45,327 nucleotides of DNA from Guillardia theta CCMP2712 (lineage: Eukaryota > Protista > Cryptophyta): contig NW_005434416.1 of NCBI RefSeq assembly GCF_000315625.1, positions 1 through 45,327 of the forward strand, in the 5' to 3' direction. Both the position numbers and the translations under genes were made by a program. Below are positions 21,413 through 32,931 of the stretch, piece by piece; the first letter of the stretch is position 1; every line of letters begins with the position of its first letter. The notes under the pieces are model-generated. The model saw nothing but the letters and a program-made list of their open reading frames with translations. It searched no databases and was not told where the DNA came from.

Positions 21413-23532
21413 TCCTCATCTTCCTCCCGCTCCTTCTCCTCATTGCTTGTCTCACCTTTCTCAACCATGATCGCGATATGTCGAGGTATTCCTTGATTTC
21501 CTCCATCCTGCTCTCGTCGCGTCACTTGAGCTCAAAGTTGATCTCACCGACTTGATTTCATCCCCATCGTCCACTGTCTCCTCCTTCGCCACTTCCTCCT
21601 CTTCCTCCTCCTAGCCACCATCACACTGTCACAACCGCATCATCGACTGATTGCACAACCTCTGCCTGCGTCAGCGGCAGAGACATCACGGAACTTCTTC
21701 TCGCAGCCGCGCGTGTCTGAGAAGGGGAGTGAGGAGGAGAATGAAGAATAAGGTCAAGACATCACATCGTTTGTCGCTTCCTCCGCTCTTCTCATGTTCT
21801 CTCTGTCCTTCTTCACTTTCTCCACAGCTTCGTTGGCAACCTTTCCCATTGTTATTCCCCCACCTCCCCACCCCCCGTCGGTTCTCCTCCTCCTCCTCCT
21901 CCTCCTCCTCGGCCACCGTCTTTGCTTCCACACTGGTCTGTGCAATCCGCTGGTTCAGATTCAAAACCTGCAGGATGAAGGGATCACACATCCTTTATAC
22001 ATCCTACGTTCCCCCCTCCCCCCTCTGCTCTGCTTCTCTCCTGGCTCCTCTCCTCCCTTCCTCGCTGCTTCTCTCGATTCCCCCCATCAACCAACTATCC
22101 CTGTCACCTCATCCTGTAGTTGTCGAACGCTCCCCTGCTGTCGATTTTGTGGAGGGACGAAGTTCTCTGTCAGAGAGGTTCAGCGATGGAAAGGCATAAC
22201 GAGACTCATCGAGCAGCAGCGGACGAGTGGAGGAAGGACCTTTCAGTTGTTTGTTTGCTCAAGGAGAGCCGGGGGAGAGACAACGAAGTGGAAATGAGAG
22301 GTAAGAAGGAAAAGCAACGAGGATGAAAAGGAAGCGGACAAAACGAGGACAAGAACAAAAGAGAACGCATGTGAGCAGGATGAGCAGGTCGAGAAGGCGA
22401 GAAATCAGCTCACGTTTGTTTTCTCTTGGAGTGTTGTCCTGGTTGAAGCCACGAGGTTGTGAAGTCATCTCCAAGATATATCGTCAGCATACGGATCAGC
22501 ATCAGCATCAGCATCAGATCAGCATCAGCATCAGCATCAGCATCAGCATCAGCATCAGCATCAGCATCAGCATCAGCATCAGCATCAGCATCAGCATCAG
22601 CATCAGCATCAGCATCAGCATCAGCATCAATATAAGCATACGGATCAGCATAAGCATAAGCATACGCATAATGACCATGATCATCATCAGCAGCAGCAGC
22701 TTGTCGTCGCATCACCATCATTATCGACATCGCACAACTTGAAAGTTACCGAAGGATCAGCGATTGCGGTATCTGCTGCTCTACCTTCTCCTAGACCCCC
22801 TCCTTCTCTCCATCGTTCACCTGCTCCACCACGAACTGAATTCTGATCTTTCATCTGTAAATTTGCTTCAGGATTTGAATCACAGCACGATCATTGAAAC
22901 GGCGATGACAAGAATCGAGGAGAAGTACCATGTATGCCATGAAGATCGACTGCATCTGGAGGGACTGAGCGAGGATGAGATCAAGTTTGCTGGACGTGCT
23001 GTCTTGCTCCATCTCCTCTCCTTGTTCTTCTGCTCTCTCCTCCACAGCTTCAACTCTCGTCATCTATCAAAAGCTCTCAGCCGGGGTTGACCTCCTTCTC
23101 ACAACCTGGGATGTCTTCTTCGCTTCCATCAAAGCTATCCTCAGCTGTTTGTTTGCCTCCTCAATCTCCATGAGCTGCATCTTCTTATTCTGCAGCTCCG
23201 CCATGATCTGATTATTCGTCAGGTTCCTCCTTTTTCCGGTCAGAGTCGCGAACCTCCTGGTGCGAACCTCCATCCTGCATCGTGAGCCCTTGCTTCGATC
23301 GCTCCTCCTCCTCCCTCTGTAACGCCATGCTTCTCTGCTTCTCCGCATCGAGGCGCTGCCGCATGAGCTGTAGTCTCATGCGTGTGACTTTCTCAAGGAT
23401 TTCCTTCTCCTCCTGCATAGCTCGTCGCTCTTCCCGCTGTCTTGCCTATGTGATATTCCACATCCACCACTCGCCTGTCATCCCCGCATCTTCATATGCT
23501 GCATGGTTGGTTTGGAAGATCAATTCCTCCAT
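20400..23532 (-). CDS. Multi-exon hypothetical coiled-coil protein; 3' end uncertain
   Basis: ATG at 23532 ([18 protein letters not shown]). Exons [36 protein letters not shown] and [31 protein letters not shown] are separated by a plausible GT-AG intron. Further exon-like islands lie between SSR tracts. Confidence 0.4.
22497..22628 (+). repeat. (CAGCAT)n microsatellite, one of many SSRs
   Basis: Direct reading. Others: (CCT)n ~1443-1500, (CCCCTG)n ~3776-3830, (GAT)n ~6187-6265, (GATGAC)n ~9860-9915, (GAAGAG)n ~16685-16740, (GTT)n/(GAC)n ~19637-19750. Confidence 0.97.
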
Positions 23533-24035
23533 CTAAAGCTCAGCATGTCAAGCGCCGCCGCAGCAACGGCCTTGATCAAGCCATCGCACCGTGTGGGGTT
23601 CCCCGATTGCCGGGCCAGTCATATGAGAAAAGTCCGCCTCAGGAGAATATGTTTTATCACAATGAGAAGAAAGGCAGCATGAAACATTTAGTGTCTGAGT
23701 TAGGATAGTGATTATTTCAGTGAGGGCAGTGATTGACCGGCTACTACTCGGCGGGCCTTGCCGGTGCCGCTCCGATGGCTCTTCATTACAACTATACTAC
23801 TACCCCACCCACTACTACAATACTACCCCACCCTCTAGGCTGGCTAGAGGGATAACAGATACAAAAGTTTTTCATCCACCCCTACCCACTCCCTGCCTTT
23901 GCTATCAGGCTTTTTACGGTCGATAACTACGGGTCATCTAGCATGGAAGTTAAAGGGGTAATCGGCACTGCAGGGTAGGGTATAGATAGGTCGAATGAGG
24001 GGGTGGGCGTTGCCCTTGAAAGGCGCAAGCGGATC

Positions 24036-27000
24036 ATGATACTCTCAGTGCAAGCAGGAGAGGGAGGAGAGGACGGGAAGGGAGGAGTCAGGAGACACCC
24101 TCTCTTCCCCAACTCCCTCATCTCCGACCCATGCTCGGCAGGAGGTGAAGGAGCCCGGCTTCTTGCCGAGGAAGGAGGAAAATACGACACAGCATGGCAC
24201 TGCTTGTGTACGAACGCTGCCAAGCATGGCGACAGAAACTTTCTTGGCCACAGAGCTTTTCCGAAGGAGAAGGGAGGACCAAGAGGCGACTACCAGGTAC
24301 TCTAAGTCAGCATGCTCGTGCTACGTAGCGAGTAGGGATGCCTGTTTTGATTTGTGGTCTCGGTTACCGCAAGACAAAGGGAGTGCCGAGGAAAGTGTGT
24401 ACTCGGTTTCATTAAGTAGCCACGAGAGGAGATGGGACGAAGGAAAAGAGGATTCAGGTTGCGACCTATGAGAGGAAAGCATCCTCGAGGATACGGGTGT
24501 TGGAAGGAAAGCATCCTCAACTAATTCCTTCCTCTTCAGTGGCAGTCGTACAAGAGTGTTGCCGAGGACATCAGGACTTGGGGCATTGGGCTTAAAAACC
24601 TCTGCAACCTCAAGGCAACCCCCACCCCCTCCTCTCAACTGCCTGCCTGCCTGCCTGCCTGCCTGCCCGCCCGCCCGCCTGCCTGCCTTCCCTGACTCCC
24701 CTGACCTCCATGACCTCCTTCTTGACCACCCTTCCCTCTCTCTGCTGCAGGCCACACGTTGAGATGTGTGTGTTGCAGGAGACGCCGGGGAAGCGAGGGC
24801 CGGAGGGACAACCGTGCGTTGGAATCTTCAGCATCAACAGGCCAGAGAACTTCAAGATCCTCTACTCCATCTTCTCGCAACGCTTCATCGCTTGCCCTCT
24901 CTATGACACTCATGGCTCCAACACCATCAAGGTAGCTCAGATGCGACGAGGTGGTGTTGATGATGTTTGTATTGCGTATTGCCTCCTTTGTCTGTTTGAG
25001 GTTTATTTTCTGTACCTGTCTTTGTGTGTTTTCGTTCAATGCATCATGTGGTGTTGGAATTCATCTCTTGCAGGTATCTTTTGTGTTTCTGACAAGCTCT
25101 TCAGTTCATTCTTGATCAGTCTGAAACAACTGTAGTTTGCGCAGAAGCAAGCAAGATGAAAGGTGTAGAAACTGCAGCAAGCAGCTGCGGCTGCCTCCCT
25201 TCCCCTCCCCTCCCCTCCCCTCCCCTCCCCTCCCCTCCCCTCCCCCCCTTCTCCTCCGCTCCTCCACTTCTGCCATCTGCTCGTCCTTGTTCTCCCTCTG
25301 CAATTGGTATTGACGTATTCCTTTCAGTTCTGCTGGAGGGACGAGGGGCCGCATTGAAGTACATCGTCATCTTAGACGAGAACTTGGATGATGAGGAGAA
25401 AAGTGTGCTTGAGAAGCAGGCAAAAGACGCCAAGGTCACTTCCAACATCTGATCCATTTCCGATGCTGCTGTATGTTACTGGACATGAATGTCTTGTCGT
25501 GATTGTGATCGGGCGAGGAAGATGTTTTCGTTTGTGCCTGATGTTTGTGTTTTAGATCACGTTGTTCACCATCAAAGACTTGCGGGAGTCTGCGGACAAG
25601 ACTCCTGGTTGCCTTGCGCTCGTTGATAGACGAGAGCTGAGCTGTAGCAGGGGAGACCTCTGATATCACTCCGGATGACTGGGCTTACATCATGGTAGCG
25701 AGAGGGGATGGAGAGGAGGGAGGGGAAGAGGATTAGCACCAAGAGGAAGAAGCTGAGGTAGAGGAAGAGGAAGACTGAAAGCAGAAAGACATCGAAGATT
25801 GGAACATTGATGCGAGCATGAGACGGAGAGGAGGGAGGAAGGGGAGGAGGGGAAGGAGAAGACGGAGAGGAGGGAGGGAGGGGAGGAGGGGAAGGAGAAG
25901 ACGGAGAGGAGGGAGGAAGGGCGGAGGAAGGGAAGGAGAAGTGCTGACTTGTTTTGCAGTATACATCTGGAACCACCGGAAACCCCAAAGGAGTTTGCCT
26001 GACGTGAGAGGAGGAGTTGTTTCTCTTGAATCGCCTGTTCCCTTTTCTCTTCTGATTTCTTTCATCCTGGCAGCCACAAGAACATTTTGAGTGCGGCTTC
26101 CGGTGTCATGAGACAATCACCGAGGTACGAGGGTGCTGGTGCTGGTGATGATGAAGATGAGTGAAAACGATGAATATGGTGCTATTGCTGCTGTTGCAGC
26201 AGCTGCTACTGGTGCTGGTGCTGGTGCTGGTGCTGGTGCTGGTGATGGTGATGGTGATGATGGTTGTATCGGTGATGATGGCGGGGTGAGGAGAACATGA
26301 GGGTTTTTTTTTCTCGCAGCATTCCCTTCAATGAGCAGGATATCTACATCTCTTATCTTCCTATGGCTCACAGCTTCGAGATATGTATTCAGGTTTAGAG
26401 CATGCCCTCTCTCATTGTCCTCCTCTTCATCGATATCACCTTGTCCTCGCTCTGTTGATCTTCCTGCTTCTGATCGCGGGACTCTCCTACCTCATCTGCA
26501 CTCGTGACGTTCTGTAGATCTGCATGGTCGCTGTCGGGGCGTCCATCGGGTTCTTTCAAGGAGACATTCGCCTCCTCGTGTCCTCTGACCTCCCGCTCCT
26601 CAAGGTGAGTGAGGGACTTGAAGCAGCCAGTGAGACGTGGACGAGGAAAGAGAGGGGGGAGGGGGGGAGGGATGCGATACGATCAGCAGGGGAGAAGGGG
26701 GATGGACTGAGAGAGATGAGATCGAGGAGGACAAGAGTTTTTTTTCTGACCTCTGCCCAGCCTACTCTGATGTCTGGAGTCCCGAGGGTCTACGGCCGAG
26801 TTTACGACAAAGTTATGCAACAAGTCGAGGTAGGAGGAGGTAGAGAGTAACATGAAGGGGACGGCAAGGAGAGGGGAGGGAAGAGTGGGAGGATGAGCTG
26901 ATCTTCGCTCTTGTAGGAGAAGGGTCCCGTAGCTAAATTGCTCTTTGACACAGCCTTTGCAAACCAAGCCTGGTAAGAGATAGAAAACTTGCATTTACGG

Positions 27001-29162
27001 GATAAAGGAGAGGAGAGAAAACATGTGCGTGAAATGATGGAATGGTGCAAGGTGTATGGAGATGGGCTTTAGAAACCCTCTCTGGGATCTTCTCGTCTTT
27101 AATAAGGTAAGTGTCTTTTCTATCTTTCCTCCTCTTCCTCCTCCGCAAGTTGAAAATCTCCTCCTTATGTGAATCTACTCCTTTGCTCCAGCACTCTCCG
27201 CCTACTCTCCTCTCACCGTGTCGCAGATCAAAGAGGCGCTGGGTGGAAGAGTTCGCCTCATGGCGAGCGGCGCGGCTCCGCTAGGAACTGAAGTGCACAA
27301 GTTCATGCGGGTAGATGAAGAGAGGAAGTGAACACGGGCGGAGCATCCTAAGAGGAAGAGAGCAGAAGCACAGGAAAGATTAGCGGGGGCGGGAGCTGTG
27401 GACGAGGATAAGCATTAGCGCTAGTAGTAGGATGGACAGAGGAAGAGATTCGGAATGAAGGCACGAGGGGGAGGGAGACAGAATGTGGTCAAGGGGCAGG
27501 AGAAGCCGGCAGAGCAGGAGTATCAGGAGAACATCCGAGGAATCAAAGTAGGAGATGGACCAGGAGGAGCAGGTGGTGGAGGAGGAGGAGGAGGAAGAGG
27601 AGATCGTGGGGGAGAGTTTGACTTCACCTCTCAGACAGTCTTCGGCGTCCCCATCTGCCAGGGCTACGGCATGACTGAGAACGCAGCAGCTGCTGTGTGT
27701 CAGCCGCCTGAGTACAGCGCGACCGGGAACGTTGGGGGACCGGTGCCATGCACAGAAGTGAAGCTCGAGGATACGGAATACTACAAGACCACTGACGAGT
27801 ATCCCAAGACGGCTCAAGAGTTCGAGGAACAGTTCGGGTTCAAGGGCGAGTTCGACCCCTCGCTTGCCGGCAAGAGGATGGTGAGAGGAGAGGTGTGCTT
27901 GCGAGGAAACAACGTCTTTCTGGGCTACTACAAGATGGAGGAGGAGACGAAAGAGGTGCTGGACAAGGACGGTTGGCTGCACACAGGAGACATCGGGATG
28001 TGGAACGAGGATGGATCTCTGTCTATCATTGATAGGAAGAAGAACATCTTCAAGCTTGCTCAAGGTTTCTCTTTTCATCTGTTTTGCCTGGCTGTGCGTG
28101 TCATGACATGATATGACGACATGAGACATGCGCGTTGCACATCAAATCCATGAGGCATTCGTTAATATCACAAGCTGCTGACGGTCCACTGGCAGGCGAG
28201 TATGTGGCTCCTGAGGTCGTGGAGTCAGCCATCTCTACCTGTAAGTGGGTCTCTCAGGTGAGGATGCGGTGATGTGGTGGATGTCAAAACGATGAAGCCT
28301 TTTGTGTTGATTCTTTGTTCAAGGTCTTCGTTTACGGAAATTCTTTTGAGAATCATCTCATCGCCATCATCGTCCCCTCCGAAGAAGTTCTGTCTGTAAG
28401 CAAACTCCAGATCATACACCTCCCTCTCTCATTCCACGTCAATCACAGAAACATGCTGAGCACTGCGGATGGACAGCAGACAACGGTGGCAAGATCAGTC
28501 TGGCGGACATTGTTGCGAAACCTGAGGTGGCTAAGATTGTATCTCACCTCGCCCTGCTTCTCTCCTTCTCCCCCCTCTTCTTTCAACCACTGCTCTGCTC
28601 GCTTTTACCCCATCATCTCCTCTTCTAGCTTTGATCTCGCCTCTTCATTTCTCCTCATTGGGTCTGCTTGCATCATTTCTCCTCACTGGGTCTGCTTGCA
28701 TCATTGCTCTGATGAGTGGTTCAGATGAAGAAGCAAATCATGGACGACATCGTCGCCTCCTGCAAGTCCAACAAGCTCAGAGGCTTCGAGGTGCCCAAGG
28801 CAATCGACTTTGAGGCGCAGGTATGAGAGGCCTACATAGAATGCCAGTGGTGAAAAGTGCAAGAGAACTTGATTCTGACATGAAGAAGAGACGATGGCAT
28901 TGATTGTTTTTAGGTCAATGACATGGGCTATGGATTTACCATCGAGAATGACTGTCTCACGCCTACGATGAAGTTGCGAAGACCACAGGTTAGAGTTTTG
29001 CATCAAGTTTTATTCTTGTCTCTGTCTTGGGTTTGTGAACTTCTGAGTTTCCGCATTCTTGTCCATATTCCTTACGGTTTCTTACATCTTCACTAGCTTG
29101 AGAAACGATACGCTGCAATGATCAAGAAGCTTTATGATACAATCAAAGCAGAGGCGGCATAA
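24036..29162 (+). CDS. Long-chain acyl-CoA synthetase (LACS/ACSL family), ~20 exons
   Basis: Exons encode FLGHR..GDYQ|WQSY, VGIFSINRPE, PLYDTHG, IM|YTSGTTGNPKG (AMP-binding loop), YISYLPMAHSFE, PTLMSGVPRVYGRVYD, LGGRVRLMASGAAPL, QGYGMTE, RGEVCLRGNNVFLGYYK, DGWLHTGDIG, IIDRKKNIFKLAQ|GEYVAPE, LTPTMKLRRPQ and LYDTIKAEAA*. Confidence 0.96.
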
Positions 29163-29861
29163 AAAACCGACAGAAGCCCATCGTCATATTAACAGTGCAA
29201 TTAAAATATTGCTGAGACAAACTTCAAATGTGGTTTCTTCGCACTTCGCATCACCTGTAATGATGCTGATGAACCTGCCCATTTGTCTTTCTAATAGTCA
29301 TATCTCATGCGCTGATGTTGTATGATCTAGGGTCTAGATCAATCTTGGTTCAATCGTGTTGCTTAGCTTCTCACTTACTGCATCCCTTTGTTTTCACTCC
29401 TGCCATTGCCTACACCTACCACCGTCACCACCCCTTTGGTAGGTAAGAGCACCGTCGTTGTACCCCCCGGACAAAGGCTGCTGACGGCCACTTATCTCCT
29501 ATAGAGTACCACCCCACCCCTCCTTCTGAGCCCCTTCAACCCTCTGATGAGAGCCGAGAGATGCACCCATCGTTTCCCCCACTTGTCGGACCCCAACCCC
29601 AGCCCACCCCCCAAATGATATGCGACCTTTCGATTCTTTCTTGTACCCGGGCAGCAAATGAGGACCAGGGGTGGTATATGATAATCCTTCCACCCAAGTT
29701 AATTCCTACAAAACCGTCAACACAAGACCCCTACATGCGTAGGTAGCATTGCGATGCACCCACCCACCCTACACCCACCCACCCACCAGGAAACCTACCC
29801 ACCCACCTACCCACCCACTTTTGCCACCAACTCAAGTCGCGCTTCAACGCCATGCTGACGA

Positions 29862-30036
29862 CAGCTTAGGTTCATACTCCATCTAGATCGGCAGCTTGAT
29901 TCATACTCCATCTAGATTAGCATCTTGATTCATACTCCATCTAGATTAGCATCTTGATTCATACTTCATCTAGATCGGCAGCTTAGATTCATACTTCATC
30001 TAGATCGGCAGCTTAGATTCATACTCCATTTAGATC
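29862..30036 (+). repeat. Minisatellite, ~6 copies of a 29-30 bp unit (CAGCTT[A]GATTCATACTYCATCTAGATYRG)
   Basis: Directly tandem units with no spacers. Confidence 0.93.
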
Positions 30037-30517
30037 TTCGATCTACCTGCCCGGGTCGCCTCTGCTCCATGCTTTGCTCCGCCTTTCTTAGTTCCTCCAT
30101 GTCCCTCTACTACAACACATCTTCTTGTGCTCATGAAGTCACAACATGACTTGATTCTTCTGCTACCTGCCTTGGTTGATGCCCTCCTGCTTATATCTTC
30201 ACTCTTGGCTTTCGTTTTTGTGGTTCCTTGGCTCATTTCTTTTGAGCCTGTAAGCCATCTTTCGCTAGTTTCTCTTCCATCTTGGCTTGATTGGTCTCAC
30301 ATGTGATAAATTGAATCTTGTAGATATGTCCACATCCTTTTCTTTTGGGCGATTCGCTCCATGCACTTTCAACTAATTGTGAGTCATGTGCTACGATCAT
30401 CGAATTAGCCTCCTACTCCTCCATCCTTTCACATCTCACATTTTTGACCGAAAGATTTTGCGACGTGAAATATCACAGTGCTCAGCACGTTTTGTGAATC
30501 AAGTGTGCAGGTACTAG

Positions 30518-30880
30518 ATGGGCAATCAACTCTGCTGCGCAAGGGAGAGGACGAAGGATCCGGCAGATAGACCTGTTCCACAGAAGGTCTATCTCAACCA
30601 CAATCCAGCACAGCGAACTCCTGCTAATGAGGAGGTGCAACCTCCTACGGTACACAGCGCGACTCTCAAGAAGATAGTGCTCTCATCCAGCGTGCCAGCA
30701 CAGCATGAAGAAGATCATTCACACCACGCCAAGGCGCAAGCAAGCACTCCCTTTGCTGACAGAGCCATTCTCCGTCGGTCGCCCTATGCCAGTGTGATGA
30801 TGACTCCCGTTGCAATGCCTTACGCCAGCATACAACACACGAGCAATCCGACAGAAGAATCTGAGAATACGTTGCTGTAG
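30518..30880 (+). CDS. Small hypothetical protein with a predicted N-terminal dual-acylation motif
   Basis: Begins MGNQLCC (Gly2 myristoylation, adjacent Cys palmitoylation). 120-codon ORF. Confidence 0.55.
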   Translation: MGNQLCCARERTKDPADRPVPQKVYLNHNPAQRTPANEEVQPPTVHSATLKKIVLSSSVPAQHEEDHSHHAKAQASTPFADRAILRRSPYASVMMTPVAMPYASIQHTSNPTEESENTLL

Positions 30881-32132
30881 GGAAGGGTGTAGGAATATCG
30901 GATGTACTCTAGCCGTGCTGAGCTCTTCTCTCTTTAACCGGTAAACTTATACCTGTCCATTTCATCTACTCGCTGGCGCTGTTGACAACTGACTTGATCG
31001 CTGTTCGGGGTCACAAATTTGTTTTCTTTAGTGATTCTAATGACTTTTGAGAGAAATTCATTGAGAAATTTAAGAAAATGAGAGTATTTTGAGCATTGTT
31101 TTCCCGTTTACGGTATATGCATATATCACAAACAATGTTTCACGCTGTCATTGCGTCCTTGCTGAAGATCTCTGCAAAGAGATATCAGGGCTGTTTTAAA
31201 CCCACCTCAAGCGTCAAAAAGAAAGTTAACATGAAATCATCCTGTATGGGGTCAAGCTGCCGTTGTTTTCTTCGCTCTGGAACTTTATTCCGTTGTGTCC
31301 GTCTCTCTGGAAATCTTCAACCCCTTCTTGATCAAGTCCTCTTGCTTTGGGGGATAGAAAGTACCTGCGGTGAATTTGTTTCTGTCGATTCACCCATTGG
31401 GTGCATGTTGCCCTCCATGAATCATTTCCCATGTCAATGTACATGTGCGCAAGTCAAGACTTCGCCTGCCTGTCTTCTGTGTCGCTGTTATGCCCTTTGG
31501 GTTGCTCGCATGATCAGTTTATTGGTCTGCAGATCGTTTGCTGTCACTTTTCTCAACGTATGTCGTTCACTGTCTTATCACATTTTCGCCCTCCCTCTCC
31601 CCCCCCCCCCCCTTCCTTCCATCGCTTTCCTTCGACCCTCACTGGCTATTTTTTCGCATCCTTGTGACTGACCTCATGGTGGGCTTACAGGTTCTGATCA
31701 TGAAGTCAGCAGCTGTCAGCTTCCAGTCTTGAGATCTATCGTCAACAAATCACTACCGGTGATTTGATAATGAAGAAGACTGGGAATGAGAGGGTAGGGG
31801 TTATACACTTTATTCCTGTCCCGTCATCAACCTCTTCACCTTGGAGTAAACATGAGAGCCTTCAAGGGCCTTCGCACAACTCCTGTTGCCCCCCCCAGCC
31901 TTCCGCCTTCCTCCTCCTTTACCATAATCTTTGTCAAAGTGCTTGTCGTAATCTTCTGCTAGGTAATCTGTCTACGCTACTACCACATTCTCGAGCTTCA
32001 ACTTGCTTCCATTTTCACCGTTGCCCAGTCTCCAGTTCTTTTGTCAGCAACGATATTATCTTGGATCCGACGCGATTGTGTTCTCCTCTCAGAACCATAC
32101 TTACTGTCTTGCATTCACTCCCTGGCGATTCA

Positions 32133-32838
32133 GATGGAATCCAGCATCAAGGACAAGGATTCAATGCTCAGTCACTCTAGCGCCTCACTGCCTCCGACTC
32201 TCCCTCGCCTGCCTTCCTACCCATGTGAAGGAACTGGGCCAGGAACAGATAGCATGGTTAGTTCTCCGATAACATCTAACGACTACAAAAGGGCGAGCAG
32301 CGAGTTAAGGAAGAAATGCATCGCCGACGCTTATTTTCTTGAAGAGCTAAAGTTGGATAAAGACAAAGAGGAATATTTGAAAAGTCTTGTCAGATCGGAA
32401 CAATCAGAAAAAGCCCCGATAAAGAGGAATTCTTGGAACACCCGCCCAATTCCAATCCGGTGTACTGGTGATGTGTTCGCAAGATCTGCTAGCGCTCCTA
32501 CCAATATTCAGCACTCAAACTATCCCCGGGTCAATGAACGCGATATCACATTGACAAAAACGAAAACGAAACCAAAAAAATTGTTTGGAATGCTGGTGTC
32601 ATTTCTCCAAACGATGTGGAATTTTATTTTGCGATCGTTGCAAGGGGAAAAATCAAAGAACAAAAAGATTACAGCAACTTCAGATGATTCAGATTTTGCG
32701 TTCAAAGGGAAAACCACGAATCATGCTAATGATCGTCACAGAAGATCATCAATCGGATCTCAACTTCTTAGATCTCTCTCCTCCGATAATCAACATCTTC
32801 TTTACACAGATGCAGCTCACTTAATCTTGTCACAGTAG
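32133..32838 (+). CDS. Hypothetical Ser/Lys-rich protein
   Basis: Open frame of >230 codons from MESSIKDKD in AT-rich DNA. No family motif; the 3' part may be spliced. Confidence 0.45.
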
Positions 32839-32931
32839 TGCAAATGAGTCGAATATTTTTGTTATTGAACATGAGAAAGGACAAGTTTCTTTGCTACTTG
32901 GTGGCTAGTCGTGACTCTTGAAAGGATGATG

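Noticed and set aside
29862-30036. CRISPR-like array
   Set aside because: Units are directly tandem with no unique spacers, and there are no cas genes.
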